Shown: piece by piece, positions 41,401-56,140 of the stretch
Layout of the letters: each line of letters opens with the position of its first letter
How positions within the stretch are numbered: position 1 is the stretch's first letter
Assembly (NCBI GenBank): GCA_964016885.1
Contig: OZ024742.1
Location: forward strand, 91,016,001 to 91,080,000
DNA: 64,000 nucleotides
From: Eledone cirrhosa
Taxonomy: Eukaryota
Direction of reading: 5' to 3'
Made by a program: the position numbers and the translations under genes
The notes under the pieces: generated by a model
Database searches by the model: none
Seen by the model: only the letters and a program-made list of their open reading frames with translations
What the model was told of the DNA's origin: nothing

Positions 41401-42035
41401 AGTTCTTCATCCTCACAATTTTCTTTTCAAAGTTTTAAGGTTTTTTTCATAGAGTAGGCCTTCAGGGTGCCTTGAGATTTCTGTTTCCATCTGTTGGTTG
41501 AGTGACTTGAATTTTTCTTCGTTGGAGTTGGCTCTTAACCGCAACAGTTCTATTTCTATTTTAAACTTTTCTAACGCCATCTTTACCCTAAGTTTTTGTT
41601 GGTTTTCGGGTTCATTCGGGATGGGTTTTATTTGGAGTTTTTTTTTTTTTTGGAGGATGATTGGCGTCGAGTTTAGCCACTTTTCATATATGTCTGCCTT
41701 GCCATTATTTTTTAGGAGATTCCAAAAGGTGAATTTGCGTGCTGTGAGCTTTTGATTAGGGTGTTTTTCACTGAGTGGACATCTCGTAGATTGGGTTCTA
41801 ATGGTTGTTCCAGCGTTTGGAGCATTGCTGTTTCAAAGGTTTCGATTAGTTTAGTTCATGCTGGAGTAATATTCGTCACTTGGGTATTTTCTGTTTCTTC
41901 GTGGGGTCCTTTTTTATAGATATGTATTTGGTCCACTTTGATGATCAAAACTGAAAGTTTGGAGGAAATCTCTTTGAGTTTATTTAAGATGACTTGGGTC
42001 AGTGAGTTGTTGTTTTGTTGAAACTTTGGTGGCAT
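38487..42035 (-). pseudogene. PLE reverse transcriptase + GIY-YIG endonuclease, frameshifted
   Basis: IIIKEADKGSTVVIMD, LYGLPKIHK, LRPIVAGP, SFDVVNLY, APTYA, WKRYLDDC, IQFTME..LPFLDI, SNHPKH; CGRSNCGTC linker; YAIKCKGC...YIGQT....RMTVH...H...ENMFIQKYRPALN. Confidence 0.93.
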
Positions 42036-42237
42036 TTTCGGTTTTCGTGTGGTGGGTATGTATTAGAAAGTGAGGGTTATTTTACAAAAGGGAAAATAAC
42101 CGAGGTGTCCTACACGAGTGAAAGTATAAGGAAAAAAGATGAAATCGAAAATGCAACTGGAGTCTTTTAAAAAATATATATATATTTATTTGTTTCCTTT
42201 ACCGGTTTCGGTATATATAAAGTTGGCAGTGAACAGT

Positions 42238-42287
42238 GAACAGTACTGATGAAGGGTAATACCCAGAAATATTAGTGTCTGCAGTTC
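42238..42287 (+). ncRNA. Hammerhead ribozyme candidate in a short element (about 42215-42470) abutting the PLE
   Basis: GAACAGTA-CTGATGA-a GGGT aat ACCC a-GAAATAT ta GTGTC-TGCAGTTC; weak stem III with G-U pairs. Confidence 0.6.
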
Positions 42288-42718
42288 TGTATACATGCCA
42301 ACACAAGAGCAAGAAAGAGAGGCTCATTCTACTGACATGGCTTTAAAAATGAGGCTTATTTGCATAATTGCTTATTAATATTGATTATATTGATTATTTA
42401 TATTCGAAAATCTCAGATTACATTTATTGTATTCAGCTGTGTAGAGCGAAAAGTTTTACATGTACCTCTATATAATATATATACAGTGGTGGACTGGGTC
42501 TAAAAATATTGGTTGCCAGGGGGCCCACCTACACATAGGATGCTATCATTTAATTTTTATAATGAATAAATAACATTTTCAAAAAATACATAAGTGGAAA
42601 CAAAACAGTTCAATCAAACTTTTGTGGAAAAATATCTTACTTTCTCGAATAAGAAATATTATGTATTTTGCGAAATCCAGAGACTTTCAATAATGACCTT
42701 TGGTCTTCCACACACACA

Positions 42719-43362
<644 letters not shown>

Positions 43363-43465
43363 TAATATATGTGTGTGTGTGTGTGTGTGTGCGTGTGTGT
43401 GTGTATATATATATACACCACCTTCACCACTTATTGATTTGACAGATGTCTTCAACCCATTGATA

Positions 43466-43539
<74 letters not shown>

Positions 43540-43667
43540 TATGTATATACATATATACGTGTGTGTTTGTGTATGTGTGTATGTGTGCCTGTATTTGTGT
43601 GTGCACGTGTGAATATAATATTATATGTGTATCCGTGTGCGCATGTTTATGTATGTTTATATTTTTG

Positions 43668-43796
43668 TACGGGTGGCCCAAAAGTCGCGACACATAAAAA
43701 AAATAATTATGTTTAATAAGAAACAATTTATTAAAAATAAATAAATATGGAAACTTAAAAATCTCCTATGTATTGCGACTTTTGGGCTACCCTGTA
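43668..43796. mobile_element. Tc1/mariner-type MITE
   Basis: TA-CGGGTGGCCCAAAAGTCGC ... GCGACTTTTGGGCTACCCTG-TA. Confidence 0.7.
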
Positions 43797-44222
43797 TATA
43801 TGTATATACGTATATATCTGTGTCTGTGGGGAGGAGTCCGTGTTCTTCCTTTAATATTATATAACTCATATATTCGCTCCATAATTTTCCCCTCTTTAAG
43901 TGTTTCTTTTTTCTTGTTGTTGCAGCATTTTCCATACGTAAGCCTCTGAGAAATAGAAAAACAGTCACTCGAAATACATATGGGTAATTGTTATATAGTT
44001 GATTACAATCTAAGTACAAGAAAATACTAAATTTGCAATGTCTATTGCGGAACGAGCGGGACATATAATATGCAGTAATGCAGACACGGTTATTTAGTGG
44101 AGACAAACATTCAATTAAAAATAAATGATAAAAATAAAATAAAACAAAAATGCTCAAAACAAACAAATATAAATGTACTCTGATAGTTTACAATGTAATA
44201 ATATTATTATAATATTTTTTTA

Positions 44223-44652
44223 ATTGGCAGCATCGATTGAGCGTCAGACACCATGCTTTGCAGCGTAAAATTATGTATGGCCCTATATGTTCTAAGTTCA
44301 AATCATGCCGAGTCTAGCTTTGCCGTTCATCCTTACAGGTCGATAAAATAAAGCACTAGTAATGTACTGGATCTATTTAATCGACTTTCACTCCCATTCA
44401 AATTGTAGAAACAATTATTATTATATTCTTTATATTATATTCTGGCAGTATCTGTAGAGCGTCTGACAAAATGCTTCGTGGCATAAAGTTACGCTTTACG
44501 TTCTGAATTCCAATTCCGCCGAGGTTAACCTTGCTTTTCCTCCTAACTGGAGTCGATAAAATAAAGTACCAGTAATGCACGGAGAAACGATTTAATCAAC
44601 TTTTCCCTCTCTCAAAAATTGCTGGCCTTGTCCTTAAATCAGAAACAATTAT
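44223..44652 (+). mobile_element. Two tandem dominant SINE copies
   Basis: 44223-44420 and 44442-44652, each with B-box, GTCGATAAAATAAAG core and AGAAACAATTATT tail. Confidence 0.8.
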
Positions 44653-45639
44653 TATATTTTCTTTTCTCGTAATAACACAAATAAAAGAAAATAATAGTTT
44701 TAATATATCCCTTGATTTCTTTGGGCAAGAATCATTTCACGGAAAATATCTAACTGTTAAAAAGAGATTGTGTTTCTTGGTTCGCGGGAGAGAAACTCTA
44801 ATATGTATATAAATAATGATTTATGATTCAAGTGAAGAGGCAAATTCGGAGAAAGGTACTTTTAGATTTCAATTGTTCTTCACTCAGTTGCCCACACATT
44901 AATGCAAACCGTGTGCATACATAATCGTACATACATTCTCATTTTTAGTTAGCTTTTGTGGCACATACAAATTATCTCAGCTATCCGATTGTTCCTCTCT
45001 CTCTTTCTCTCCCTCCCTCTCTCTCTTTCTTTCTCTCTGATGTTGGCATCATTTATCTACCAATTATCGTGTCATGTCTCTCTACAATAAACAAAAGGTG
45101 GCAGTAGTAATAAAGCATTAAAAACACTAACTAAAACAAGAAAACTACTACTGCGCACTCACACAAACACGATAACACATAGACCTGTTAAGTTACAAAA
45201 ACAAACACACACATACACGTAAATGCACACTTATACGCAAAGTGGCTATGCTACGATGGGGCAAATGCAAATAGAACTAGTGCCCAAGGCGCCTGGTTTT
45301 GTGAAAAGCAAATTTAAAATTTTTTTTTTTTTTTTAATTAAAATATGTTCCTTTGGAAATGTACTAGCACCACATTTCATACTCCATCATCTTCTCTTTC
45401 TGTCTATTTATCTCTGTATATATATATGATGGCTGAAACTTGATTTTTGAGTAATGCTATTCCTTGATACATAAGGAGGAGCTTTTTATTTGGTGCTAGG
45501 GACATACCGACGGCCAATCTTACCATGCAACGCAAAAGATGTCACATATTATTTTAAAGTGAGGAAAGGCTTTGCATGGAGCCAATCCCACTCTCTGAAC
45601 ATCGAATGCATTTACTAAAAAAGTAGAACTAGTCTACTC

Positions 45640-45944
45640 TATTGGATGCAAACAAAGTCGCAGGTTTTATATCAAAGTGATCTTCTCCTAGAGAGATGTC
45701 TTAATGAAAACTAAGGGTCTCTAACTTCACTGTCCGCTTAAAAAATACTTTATTGTATGGCTTTTGACTCACCTGACTTCTTTCGCCCTTTGACAGATTT
45801 TGTTTTTCGTCCCGTAGGGTGTCCAAAAATCACCCTCCTCACCAAGCAAGCTTATTGTGATTGCCGGTTTAGTCGCCGACGACCTGACCGTGCTCAGGTT
45901 GTACTGGGTTACATATTACCAGTAGTGATGAAGAGCGACCTGAC
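45640..45944 (-). mobile_element. Probable RTE-related 5'UTR fragment
   Basis: TCTTCTCCTAG...AAAACTAAGG block resembles antisense RTE 5'UTRs; ends at a TA tract; weak support. Confidence 0.35.
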
Positions 45945-46198
45945 ATATATATATATATGTATATATATACATATATATATATATATATGTCAGGTCGCTC
46001 TTCTTTTAATTAACTAAATATATAGCGTTTGGGGACACGTTTAAATATCTATACGACAGAAAGGATAATATTAATTGCAATATGATATTAACACACACAC
46101 ACACACACATATATATGTATATACATACATATATATGACACACATATATATGTATATACATACATATATATGACACACATATATATGTATATCCATAC

Positions 46199-46246
<48 letters not shown>

Positions 46247-46583
46247 ATATCATATTGCAATTAATATTATCCTTTCTGTCGTATATATATTTAAACGTGT
46301 CTCCAAACGCTACACATTTAGTTAAATAAGCTGAAACTATGTGATAAATGATATATTCAAATAGAAAGACACACCACAATGAAGAAATATGTACCTAAAC
46401 AAGGTGTTGATTTATCAAAGACGAAATAATAAAAGTAACGAAATAAACTACCGATTGTTTTCATTAACGAACTAAAAGTTTTGTCTTCAAAATTGGTTTC
46501 AAATTTCGGTTTCGTTTCGATCAGTAGTGTCTTGTGTGATAATATTCTACGGTCACACTGTAATATGCCATCAAATCAATATA

Positions 46584-46779
46584 TACGAGGGTCAGTTGGA
46601 AAGTTCATAGGCTGACCAATATACTGTCATGAATAACCAAATAACTTTATCTTTCAAGTTCCTGAAAAGAAGCAATTCATTTATTAATAAGAAGAGTTGA
46701 AATTAATGCATGTAAGATTTTAAAACTCTAGCACTACTCCTTCATGGACAGCCTATGAAGTTTTCAGCCGACCCTCGTA
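46584..46779. mobile_element. Mariner-type MITE
   Basis: TA-CGAGGGTCAGTTGGAAAGTTCATAGGCTG ... CAGCCTATGAAGTTTTCAGCCGACCCTCG-TA. Confidence 0.85.
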
Positions 46780-47840
46780 CGTTAACTACTTCGACACGAC
46801 CATTTTTTATATCACCTAGTAGATGTCACTCGGATAGTGACAGTCCACTTTAGACTGATCTAAATTGAGCTGAGACCAAACACGGCCGCCTAGCCCATCT
46901 AGCATTTCACCAGTTAAAATCGGTGTTTCATATCACTAGGCCGCTCTGATTAAGAGTTGCGGCAGACCATCTTCTTACGCATCAGCATCCATGGTCACCA
47001 CAGATCGTCAACGTGCAGCTAAAATGCTACATACACCTGCTTCGAATCGGATAGCAGATACGCTCTGCGAATCGTTAAAGACTGGTTATGGCTTTGCTTC
47101 CACCTTGCCTTTCTTTGCTTTTCAGAGCTCGCATCAACATGGAAAATACGTTCTTCAAGCCTCCCGTAGAAAAAAATAACAATGACGGTTTTCGTTGTAT
47201 TTTATAATTCAACTAACATCTCCCTTAACATCCTTCGGTGAAACGCCTTCTCAATTCTGTCCGCCGAGGCCGTGCGGCGGCCAGCACGTGGGACCCCATT
47301 GCTCATAATACAGAGAGATGGGGAGGGCGAGTGAGATGGAGGCGATGACAGTGGGAGTTCAGCCCTTCCGCGTTCGGACACATTTATCAATTCTCTACCC
47401 CTATGCATGCCCTCCAGCCAACACTAGACTGATCAAGCTAGCTTTGGCTTTGTGGTTGTCTAAATTCAACTAGCTCTTCATTTGATTATTTGTTTTCTGT
47501 TACTATCTTTGCTAACACGGACAGATTAGATTCTAATATTCCTGTTCAAGTGAGATTCAGCACCTGTTATTAGTAATTGCACCCATCAATTCAGTAATCC
47601 GATCCTTAAAATATTCCCTTAGCGAAAAAGCTGTTTTTATGATTTCATTTTTATGATTTCATTTTTATGATTTCATTTTATGTATTTCAGAACCCGAAAT
47701 ACATAAAATCATCTAAGTGCGAGAAGTGAAATACCCAATCTAAATTATGCAGGTATGCATAAATTCATACACACAAATGCGCTCGCTGAGAGAGGGAGAG
47801 AAAGAGAGAAAGAGAGGCAAATATACAAACACTCAAAAAT

Positions 47841-47877
<37 letters not shown>

Positions 47878-47952
47878 CGTATCTACTATTTGTGTGTGTG
47901 TGTTTATGTGTGTGTGTGTGTGTTTGTTTGCGTATGCATGTATGTATTTATG

Positions 47953-48135
47953 TACAGGGGTCGGCTGAAAAGTTCATAGGCTGAACAAGATACTGTTATG
48001 GAATGACCAAATGTGGTTTATTATTCAACATAGTCCCTGGAAAGAAACAATTATTAATCAGCGTTGAAATTAATGCATGCAAGATTTCATAGCTCTAGCA
48101 TAATCAGCCTATGAACGTTTCAGCCCACCCTCGTA
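47953..48135. mobile_element. Mariner-type MITE, second copy
   Basis: TA-CAGGGGTCGGCTGAAAAGTTCATAGGCTGA ... TCAGCCTATGAACGTTTCAGCCCACCCTCG-TA. Confidence 0.85.
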
Positions 48136-48221
48136 CATACACATTTATACTCACCTTAAAACTAAAATCATATAGTCGCTACCACCAAACCCCTCAAAGA
48201 AAATTTAAAAAATAATAATAA

Positions 48222-48651
48222 TAATTTGTAGTATAGGCACAAGGCCAGTAATTTGGGGGGAGGGGAAAGTCGATTAAATCGACCCCAGTATGTTACTGGT
48301 GCTTTATTTTATCGACCCCATAAGGATGAAAGGTAAAGTTAACCTCGGCGGGATTTGAACTCAGATCATAAAGGGCCGTAACTCTACAATCCAAAGAATG
48401 GCGTCCGACCCACTACCAATACTGCCAATCCACCGCCCTTAATAATATTAATAATAATAATAATAATAATTGTTTCTACTTTAGGCACAAGGCCAGCAAT
48501 TACCCAGTGCATTACTGGTACTTTATTTTATCGACCCCGTAAGGATGAAAGGCAAAGTCAACCTCGGCGGGATTTGAACTCAGATCGTAAAGGGACGTAA
48601 CTATGCTGGAAAGCATGGCGTCCGACCCTCTACCGACACTGCCAATCCACC
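48222..48651 (-). mobile_element. Two tandem dominant SINE copies
   Basis: 48222-48438 and 48468-48651 separated by (AAT)n; the second is almost identical to 1051-1235. Confidence 0.88.
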
Positions 48652-49203
48652 AATAATAATAATAATAATACGAATGTAAACGCCCAGTGCTAGAAATAAC
48701 AGCTAGAACAATTCGTGAGTTATTGTTCATATATAAATATCAACACCGAAAGGCAGAATCAGTTATCATCTATGATAATTAAGATAGAGCATTGTTATTC
48801 TTACATGCTCTCTGTATTATGTTTGGTGACTGCATTTTTATGAGTGTGTGATGTGTGATTGTGTGCCTGTGCGTGCTGTCGCCTGTGTTTATATAGGCTT
48901 ATATGTGAATTGAGATTGTTTAAATGTGAACAAATGCGTGAGGTGAATGTTCAAACGTGCATCCATGTGTGTGCGTGTGTGTGTGTGCGTAGCCACATAT
49001 TATTCTTAATACACAGTATCGCGGATTTTGTTTAGAGTAGGTAAGCAATAACAAGATGACTATTGGCTATTTATTTAGTTAAACATTTCATCTGTACAAA
49101 CCAGACACATGTATGAACACAATTACACTCTTCTCATTAATTCACACATTCACACAGAAACGTTACAACACTCACGCACGCACACACACACACGCGCACG
49201 CCA

Positions 49204-49281
<78 letters not shown>

Positions 49282-49283
49282 TA

Positions 49284-49830
49284 TTAGAATTGGTGCTCTG
49301 AAATAGCAATATATATATGAATGTATATACAGAGTATTTTGCAATACACTGTATGCTTAATTAAAAGCATGTTGAAGACCTTACGCTATTGTTTTAAAGT
49401 AGTGTCTATGTCACTTACTTCTTTTTTCAACAAACAAGGGACTACTTTAAAACAATAGCGTAAGGTCTTCAAAATGCTTTTAATTAAGCATACAATGTTT
49501 TGCAAAATACACTATATATACAATCTTATATATATATATCGCTATTTCAGAGCACCAATTCTAATTTTCAATTTTTGCTGGACCGGCAACCGCTCTGTAT
49601 AATCAGTTCCTGATTAATACTGGAATTCTATAAGAATCCAACATTCATAATTTTCAGCAGGCAAAGCGGGTGTACCAACAGTATGAAACAGAGATCTGTC
49701 AGCTTATCTCCCTTGTTTGTTGAAAAAAGAAGTAAGTGACATAATCACTACTTTAAAACAATAGCTAAGTTCTTCAAAATGCTTTTAATTAAGCATACAG
49801 TATTGCAAAATACACTATATATACATTCAT
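49284..49830 (+). mobile_element. Second locus of the ~307-bp monomer family (inverted end plus partial tandem; HHR 5' core lost)
   Basis: ACTACTTTAAAACAATAGC at 49441 and 49747; 49284-49404 inverted; GAAACAGA ga TCTGTC remnant at 49685-49700. Confidence 0.82.
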
Positions 49831-50314
49831 ATATATATATATTAATAATAATTGTGAAGACTAAAATCCGAAGAGGCTACTATATATATACATATACATA
49901 TCTATACATTACTAAGCATATGTATGCATATACATTTCTTTTCTTGAGTATACAATAGATATGTATTCATACACCTTGGATGCAGTGCGTTGTGCAGGGT
50001 ATATGATATTTCTAGAGTGTAATATCCCATATATACTGATACCTTGGCTACAATGTGATATCTAGAAAATATTCTATCTTGGCTATGTGTTTACACCTAG
50101 TTGATATACTGATATCATGTCTGCATGCATGCATAGTCCCGTAACTGCTGGAGTTGTATGACCGCCGTATTGACATACGGTGTTTCTAGGGCATTTATAT
50201 TATCGTAGTGTCCATTTTCCTTAAAATAAAAGATGTTGAAAGGTATTTAAATATTGCATGACATAAAGTAAAAAATTATTTAGAATATCTCAATACAGAA
50301 ATTAATAAAGATAA

Positions 50315-50506
50315 TAATTGTTTCTACTTTTGGCACAAGGCCAGCAATTATCTCAGTACATTACTGGTACTTTATTTTATCTACCCCGTAAAGATGAAAG
50401 GCAAAGTTAACGTCGGTGGGATTTGAACTCAGAACGCAAAGGGCCGTTACTCTATGCTGAATGGCATGGTGTCCAACCCTCTACCGATTCTGCAAATTCA
50501 CTGCCA
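50315..50506 (-). mobile_element. Dominant SINE copy
   Basis: Same tail, core and B-box on the reverse strand. Confidence 0.82.
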
Positions 50507-51179
50507 AGATAATAATAGAAAAATGTTTTCTACGAAAATTATAAAACATTTGCAGAACTTCAGTATATGTTTTTAACTTTTTACAGCATATATGAAAAGT
50601 TTGTGGAGGCTTCTTATCTTGAGGACAGACAGATTGTGACATTTATACAGACAGTGACATTGAGGTAGATAGTGAGAGAGATAGAAAGACATAGAGAGAA
50701 AGAGAGGGAGAGAGGGAAGTGATGCATATATAGAAAGAAGAGATATATATAGAGAAAGACAGATATATGCAGGGAGAGAAAGACACATAGAAATAGAAAG
50801 ATAGGGAGAAGTTGAGAGAAAAAGAGAATGAGTTAATAAGAGAGATAAAGAAAGATAGACAGATACATTTAGGGAGATAACTAGATATAGAGACATTAGG
50901 TGAGATAGAGAGAAATAGAGTGAGATAGGAAGGTATAAATAATGATGAATTATCTGAATGTATAAACCAGCAAGAGTACCTGCCACAGATCTCTATGCTA
51001 GAAAGAGAAGTAAAATCTCCGCACCTTGACACACACTCAATTTCGTTTTCGGAGAAATGTCGATGGCGAGCATGTCGGAGGTCAGATTAGTTGAAAACAC
51101 AAGAAAAACCTTAATTATTCCAAATTTTATTTAGTGTTACTTGCGGTCAAATTACAAAAAAATTTACTTTTTATAAGGA

Positions 51180-51260
<81 letters not shown>

Positions 51261-51437
51261 TCACACATCGACAAATAGAGACCAATAAAATAAGTACCAG
51301 GCTTATGAATAGGTGCTAGGGTGGATATGACAAATGGCACACTGCAATAATTATAACGTGCAAACGTACAAAGAATACACACACACCTATATATATATAT
51401 ATATGTGTGTGTGTGTGGGGGGGGGGTGCGTGGGTGG

Positions 51438-51469
<32 letters not shown>

Positions 51470-51705
51470 GTATGTATGTATATATATATGAATACACTCA
51501 TACCTTCGCACTTCGGGCATTGTTTATGAAGTTGCGATAAAGACACTTGATATACGATAACTGATAATGAGTTATCATTTTTATCTCTATAACAATAATA
51601 ATAATTTCTTAGCTGCAAGGTGAAAAGAATAAAAATCATATATGTATACTACAGATAAAAGAAAATTAAAGACTGTTTTTTGTAATTACTTACAAAAATA
51701 TATTA

Positions 51706-51752
<47 letters not shown>

Positions 51753-51808
51753 GTATATGTATATATGTATATGTATATATGTATGTATGTATATATATAC
51801 ACACACAA

Positions 51809-51850
<42 letters not shown>

Positions 51851-51893
51851 TAAATGAAAAGCTGTAAGAAACTATAATCTTAAATTGTTTATT

Positions 51894-51955
<62 letters not shown>

Positions 51956-52080
51956 TTAAGAGTCGGAAAAGGATGATAATAACGCAGTAGCACTATTATC
52001 AGAATATCAATAAAAAATAATGGTTTCTTTATTTTGTCAAAATAACAACGGAAAAATACGAATATCAAAGATAATACACA

Positions 52081-52111
<31 letters not shown>

Positions 52112-52120
52112 GTATATATA

Positions 52121-52151
<31 letters not shown>

Positions 52152-52208
52152 AGATATAGATAGATAGATAGATATATAGGTATATATATATGTATATATA
52201 TATATTTA

Positions 52209-52281
<73 letters not shown>

Positions 52282-52449
52282 GTATGTGTATGAAAGAGAG
52301 AGATTAGGTGAGAGGGAGAGAGTGAGATTGTATGTGTGTATTTATATATACATATACTATACGGACACACACATTCACACACGCGCACATATCATTTTGT
52401 GATGTATATAAGATGAGCAAATGTCCACAGTTAAACACATACAGACACT

Positions 52450-52485
<36 letters not shown>

Positions 52486-52553
52486 CGTATATATATATAA
52501 ATATATATAGTATATATATAGATATAGATATATATATATGTATATATATATAC

Positions 52554-52655
<102 letters not shown>

Positions 52656-52767
52656 GGGAGGGGTGTATATACACACACACATATATATATATATACAGAG
52701 AGAGGGATGGGTAGAGTGAGAGAGAGAGAGAGAACGAGAGAAGAACGATATCGATATATATATATGC

Positions 52768-52798
<31 letters not shown>

Positions 52799-52884
52799 CA
52801 CACACATACATACATATATATATATATAAATATATGTTTTCATATATACATTCGTGCATACAATCATACATACGTGTATGCATG

Positions 52885-52915
<31 letters not shown>

Positions 52916-53280
52916 TTATGTATGTATGTATGTATGTATGTATGTGTGTATGTATTATGTATGTATGTATAATATGTATGCATGCGTGTATTTGTGTGTG
53001 TCAGTTTAAATAATATATAAATAATATATAAATATTATTTAAAGACAACGTGCAATAACAAATAGGAGATATTCGCTAAAGAACCATATTCTGAGTAAAT
53101 ATATTAATCATGTTGGTAGGTGTGGATGGCCGCAATTCTACAATGCGACCAAAAATATACGCCGTCGTATTTTGAAAGATTACGAAAACAGTAACATAAA
53201 ATTACATTTAATAATAACATGATATTTTTTTCTAAACCCTTTATCTTAACAACAACAAAAACAACAAAAACAACAAAAAC

Positions 53281-53368
<88 letters not shown>

Positions 53369-53576
53369 TAGAAATGTAATAAGATGTACAATGGTAGCAA
53401 ATAGATTTGGATAAAGAAGATTTGTTGTTTTGATAACATTTCTGAAATATATAACACTTGTTGTAACAAAGGGCATACAGCGATGCCTATGGGCATACAT
53501 ACACTTATACATACATAATCACATACATATAATTTATAAATATATATATATATATATATAAATAACAATACATAAC

Positions 53577-53632
<56 letters not shown>

Positions 53633-53639
53633 CTTTATT

Positions 53640-54050
53640 TACCATAAAGGCATAATATATATATAACATGCACATAACATACATATGAAAGAGTACTGGT
53701 GGAATGTTCCAGTCGGAACCCTAATAAAATGCAAGCATAACAGACCAGATATAATGATATGAGACCAGGAAAAGAAGGCATGCACAGTAGTGGAAGTTAG
53801 CTGCCCAGCAGATGCCAATATAATGTTAAAGATTAGCAAAAAGGAGAATATCTATGCAGAACTAATGAGGAATCTGCAGATACTCCACCCTGACTATACC
53901 TTCAGATTTATACCTATGATTATTGGGGACCAGGGATATGTTAGTAACTGCCTCAACACAAATCTTGAGATACTGGGCTTCACAGAAACAGAAAGAGAAA
54001 ATTATAAGTACAATTATAAGAACAATAAAAATATGTAAAACATTCCAAAA
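53640..54050 (+). mobile_element. R4/Dong-like non-LTR retrotransposon 3' fragment (restriction-like endonuclease)
   Basis: YWWNVPV....KCKHNRPDIMI*DQEKKAC.VVEVSCPAD.NI..K...K...Y.EL......L.P.Y....IP.IIG..G; starts just after a (TA)n tract. Confidence 0.82.
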
Positions 54051-54399
54051 ATTATGTATGTAATAACTGCATGTACACATACCTGCACACATATAACTCA
54101 CAACATCCACATCCACACATTCAATAACATCCATACCTGCACATACACACGCACGCATGCAGACATGCAGACAAATCTACCTAGTTCATGTTATTTATAT
54201 TCCAATGAGTGTTGTGTCTATGTTAGAAACCGACTCTCTCTCCATAAAATATTTCCTTTGCAATCCTTGCATCATTCATGCGAACAAGATAACCTACCTA
54301 CTACATCTGATTTTAATGACAAGGGAGCACCCCAATATTAGTAAAACTTCAGTGTCAGGTGTCATGCTTCTCCAAATAACACATAAGATTGGCCGAAGG

Positions 54400-54860
54400 C
54401 ACTTGGTAGAATCTTTGGTATGCAATCATTGTAGTTGCAGGTGCAGTTCTTCTTTCTGATCGGTGTGATGAATTCTGGTTCAAAATTGTTCTAACATTCC
54501 AACAACAAAGGTTGGGCTTAACTCGCTCATTTGCAATTAATTTAACACGTCTATTATTTCTTCTGCCCCAGCTGACATGTACCACCGCTATTTGCAACGA
54601 ACTAACCAATATTGATGTGACAGGTATTGTTCGGTGCATCTTTTCTAGCCCCTTACAATTGGGTGAGCAGTGCTCTCCCTAACCGGGTTGATGAGACACA
54701 AGAACCTCCACCGAAGTTAGTCCCTGTCGCAGGAATACACAACAACGATGTTAAGATAAAACCCTTGCTGCCTATGCACAAATTTGTATTTGTGTGCTTC
54801 TAACTGCTTAGGTCTGCAGACGTCACCTCTACTCTATCGCCATAGGACTTTTAAAATGAC
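54400..54860 (-). mobile_element. RTE LINE 5' fragment
   Basis: LCCWNVRTIL....SHRSERRTA is the start of the RTE AP-endonuclease; upstream GGGCTAGAAAAGATG matches the UTR motif near 20110-20121. Confidence 0.7.
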
Positions 54861-54954
54861 AGATGAGAAGATCATGAAAGAGAGATCTGTACATCATTGG
54901 ATTATAGTGGTAAACGCTTGAACATAGGAGCACCACTCTCTAAGTCTCGGAGAT

Positions 54955-55078
54955 TATCAGTCTGAGTTCCAATCTCGCTAAATTTAAGTTTGCCTTTCAC
55001 CCTTACGGGGTCGATAAATTAAGTACCAGTAAGGCACTGCATAATCGCTGGTCTTGTGCCAAAAGTAGAAACAATTTT
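54955..55078 (+). mobile_element. Dominant SINE, 3' part
   Basis: TTTGCCTTTCACCCTTACGGGGTCGATAAA...CTTGTGCCAAAAGTAGAAAC. Confidence 0.75.
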
Positions 55079-55355
55079 TATCTGATGGCAAGCCTAATCA
55101 AGATGACCATTAATCGCGTAAACCGAAGGTTTCACTTCAGAGTTTACCTTTACTAGAGAACGATGTAACAATGGGGTTCTTCATTCCCAGTGGACATTCT
55201 TCGTTTTCTCATCTGCAGACCCCCCCCCCCTCCCCCATATATATATATAGTTTTAAATGAGTACTCAATACATATTAATGAGTATAATCTGTAGAGAAGA
55301 TATACGTGTTTAATTGTTGTAGCGGACTTGTGAAACGAGTAATTTTTGCAAGCGC

Positions 55356-55429
<74 letters not shown>

Positions 55430-55644
55430 AGCTGAATTAAAATTTCTCATGATGAAATGAAATATTTCCAGTGTAAAAAAAAAATAAGAAGACTCTGATA
55501 GAAGTAGAAAACATTATCTCAAGTATTGATACATGAAACATTAAGTCTAACTAGAGCACTGAAACGCATATTCAAATGTTTATAGGCAAACGCTAACGTA
55601 TGGGGCTTATGTGTTTGCATTCATAATAAAAATACTGATAATGT

Positions 55645-56140
55645 ACAACCCTGAAGCAGGTGGAGATGTTCAAGTATCTTGGGGACAGTGTACATGAGTG
55701 ATGGAAGGCAAGAAGTTGAATTAAGTCCAAACATTTCAGGAGCTTGTTGCAGAAATGTGCCAGTTTCAGCATTTGGTAATCAGAAGAAGGTAAGTGTAAA
55801 ATCCAAACTCGCTACCCTTACCTATGGTCATGAATGTTCGGTAATGACTGAAAGAATACGATAGTAAATGCAAGCTACCGAAATGTGGTTTCCGTAGTAA
55901 CGTTACTCGATAGAGTGCATAGCTCGGAGATCAGGGGGTCGCTCCAAGTAGTGACTCTATACCTCCAAGCGAAGAGATATCACCTCCGGTACTATGGGCA
56001 CATAGTTAGAATGTCTCAGGATAAATCAGTGGACAGATTTTACGGTCACAAGCAGCCGGTAGGAGACCCATAGATAGACCCCGAAAAAGATGGTTGGATA
56101 ACATCCATGAGCTCAGCTTGTCTCACTTAGGGATCCAGGT
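55645..56140 (+). mobile_element. RTE-clade LINE 3' fragment
   Basis: LKQVEMFKYLG...SDG; TLTYGHECSVMTERIR; LRYYGHIVRM; RPRKRWLDNI. Confidence 0.8.

Larger units (their letters stand above)
37334..42210 (-). mobile_element. Near full-length decayed Penelope-like retroelement (Neptune-like), with direct pseudo-LTRs, inserted at (TA)n
   Basis: About 150-bp direct repeats at 37334-37482 and 42061-42210; RT and GIY-YIG remnants lie between them. Confidence 0.92.

Noticed and set aside
46880-47480. GC-richer stretch with short ORFs (47202-47408)
   Set aside because: No recognisable motif or splice structure; left unannotated.
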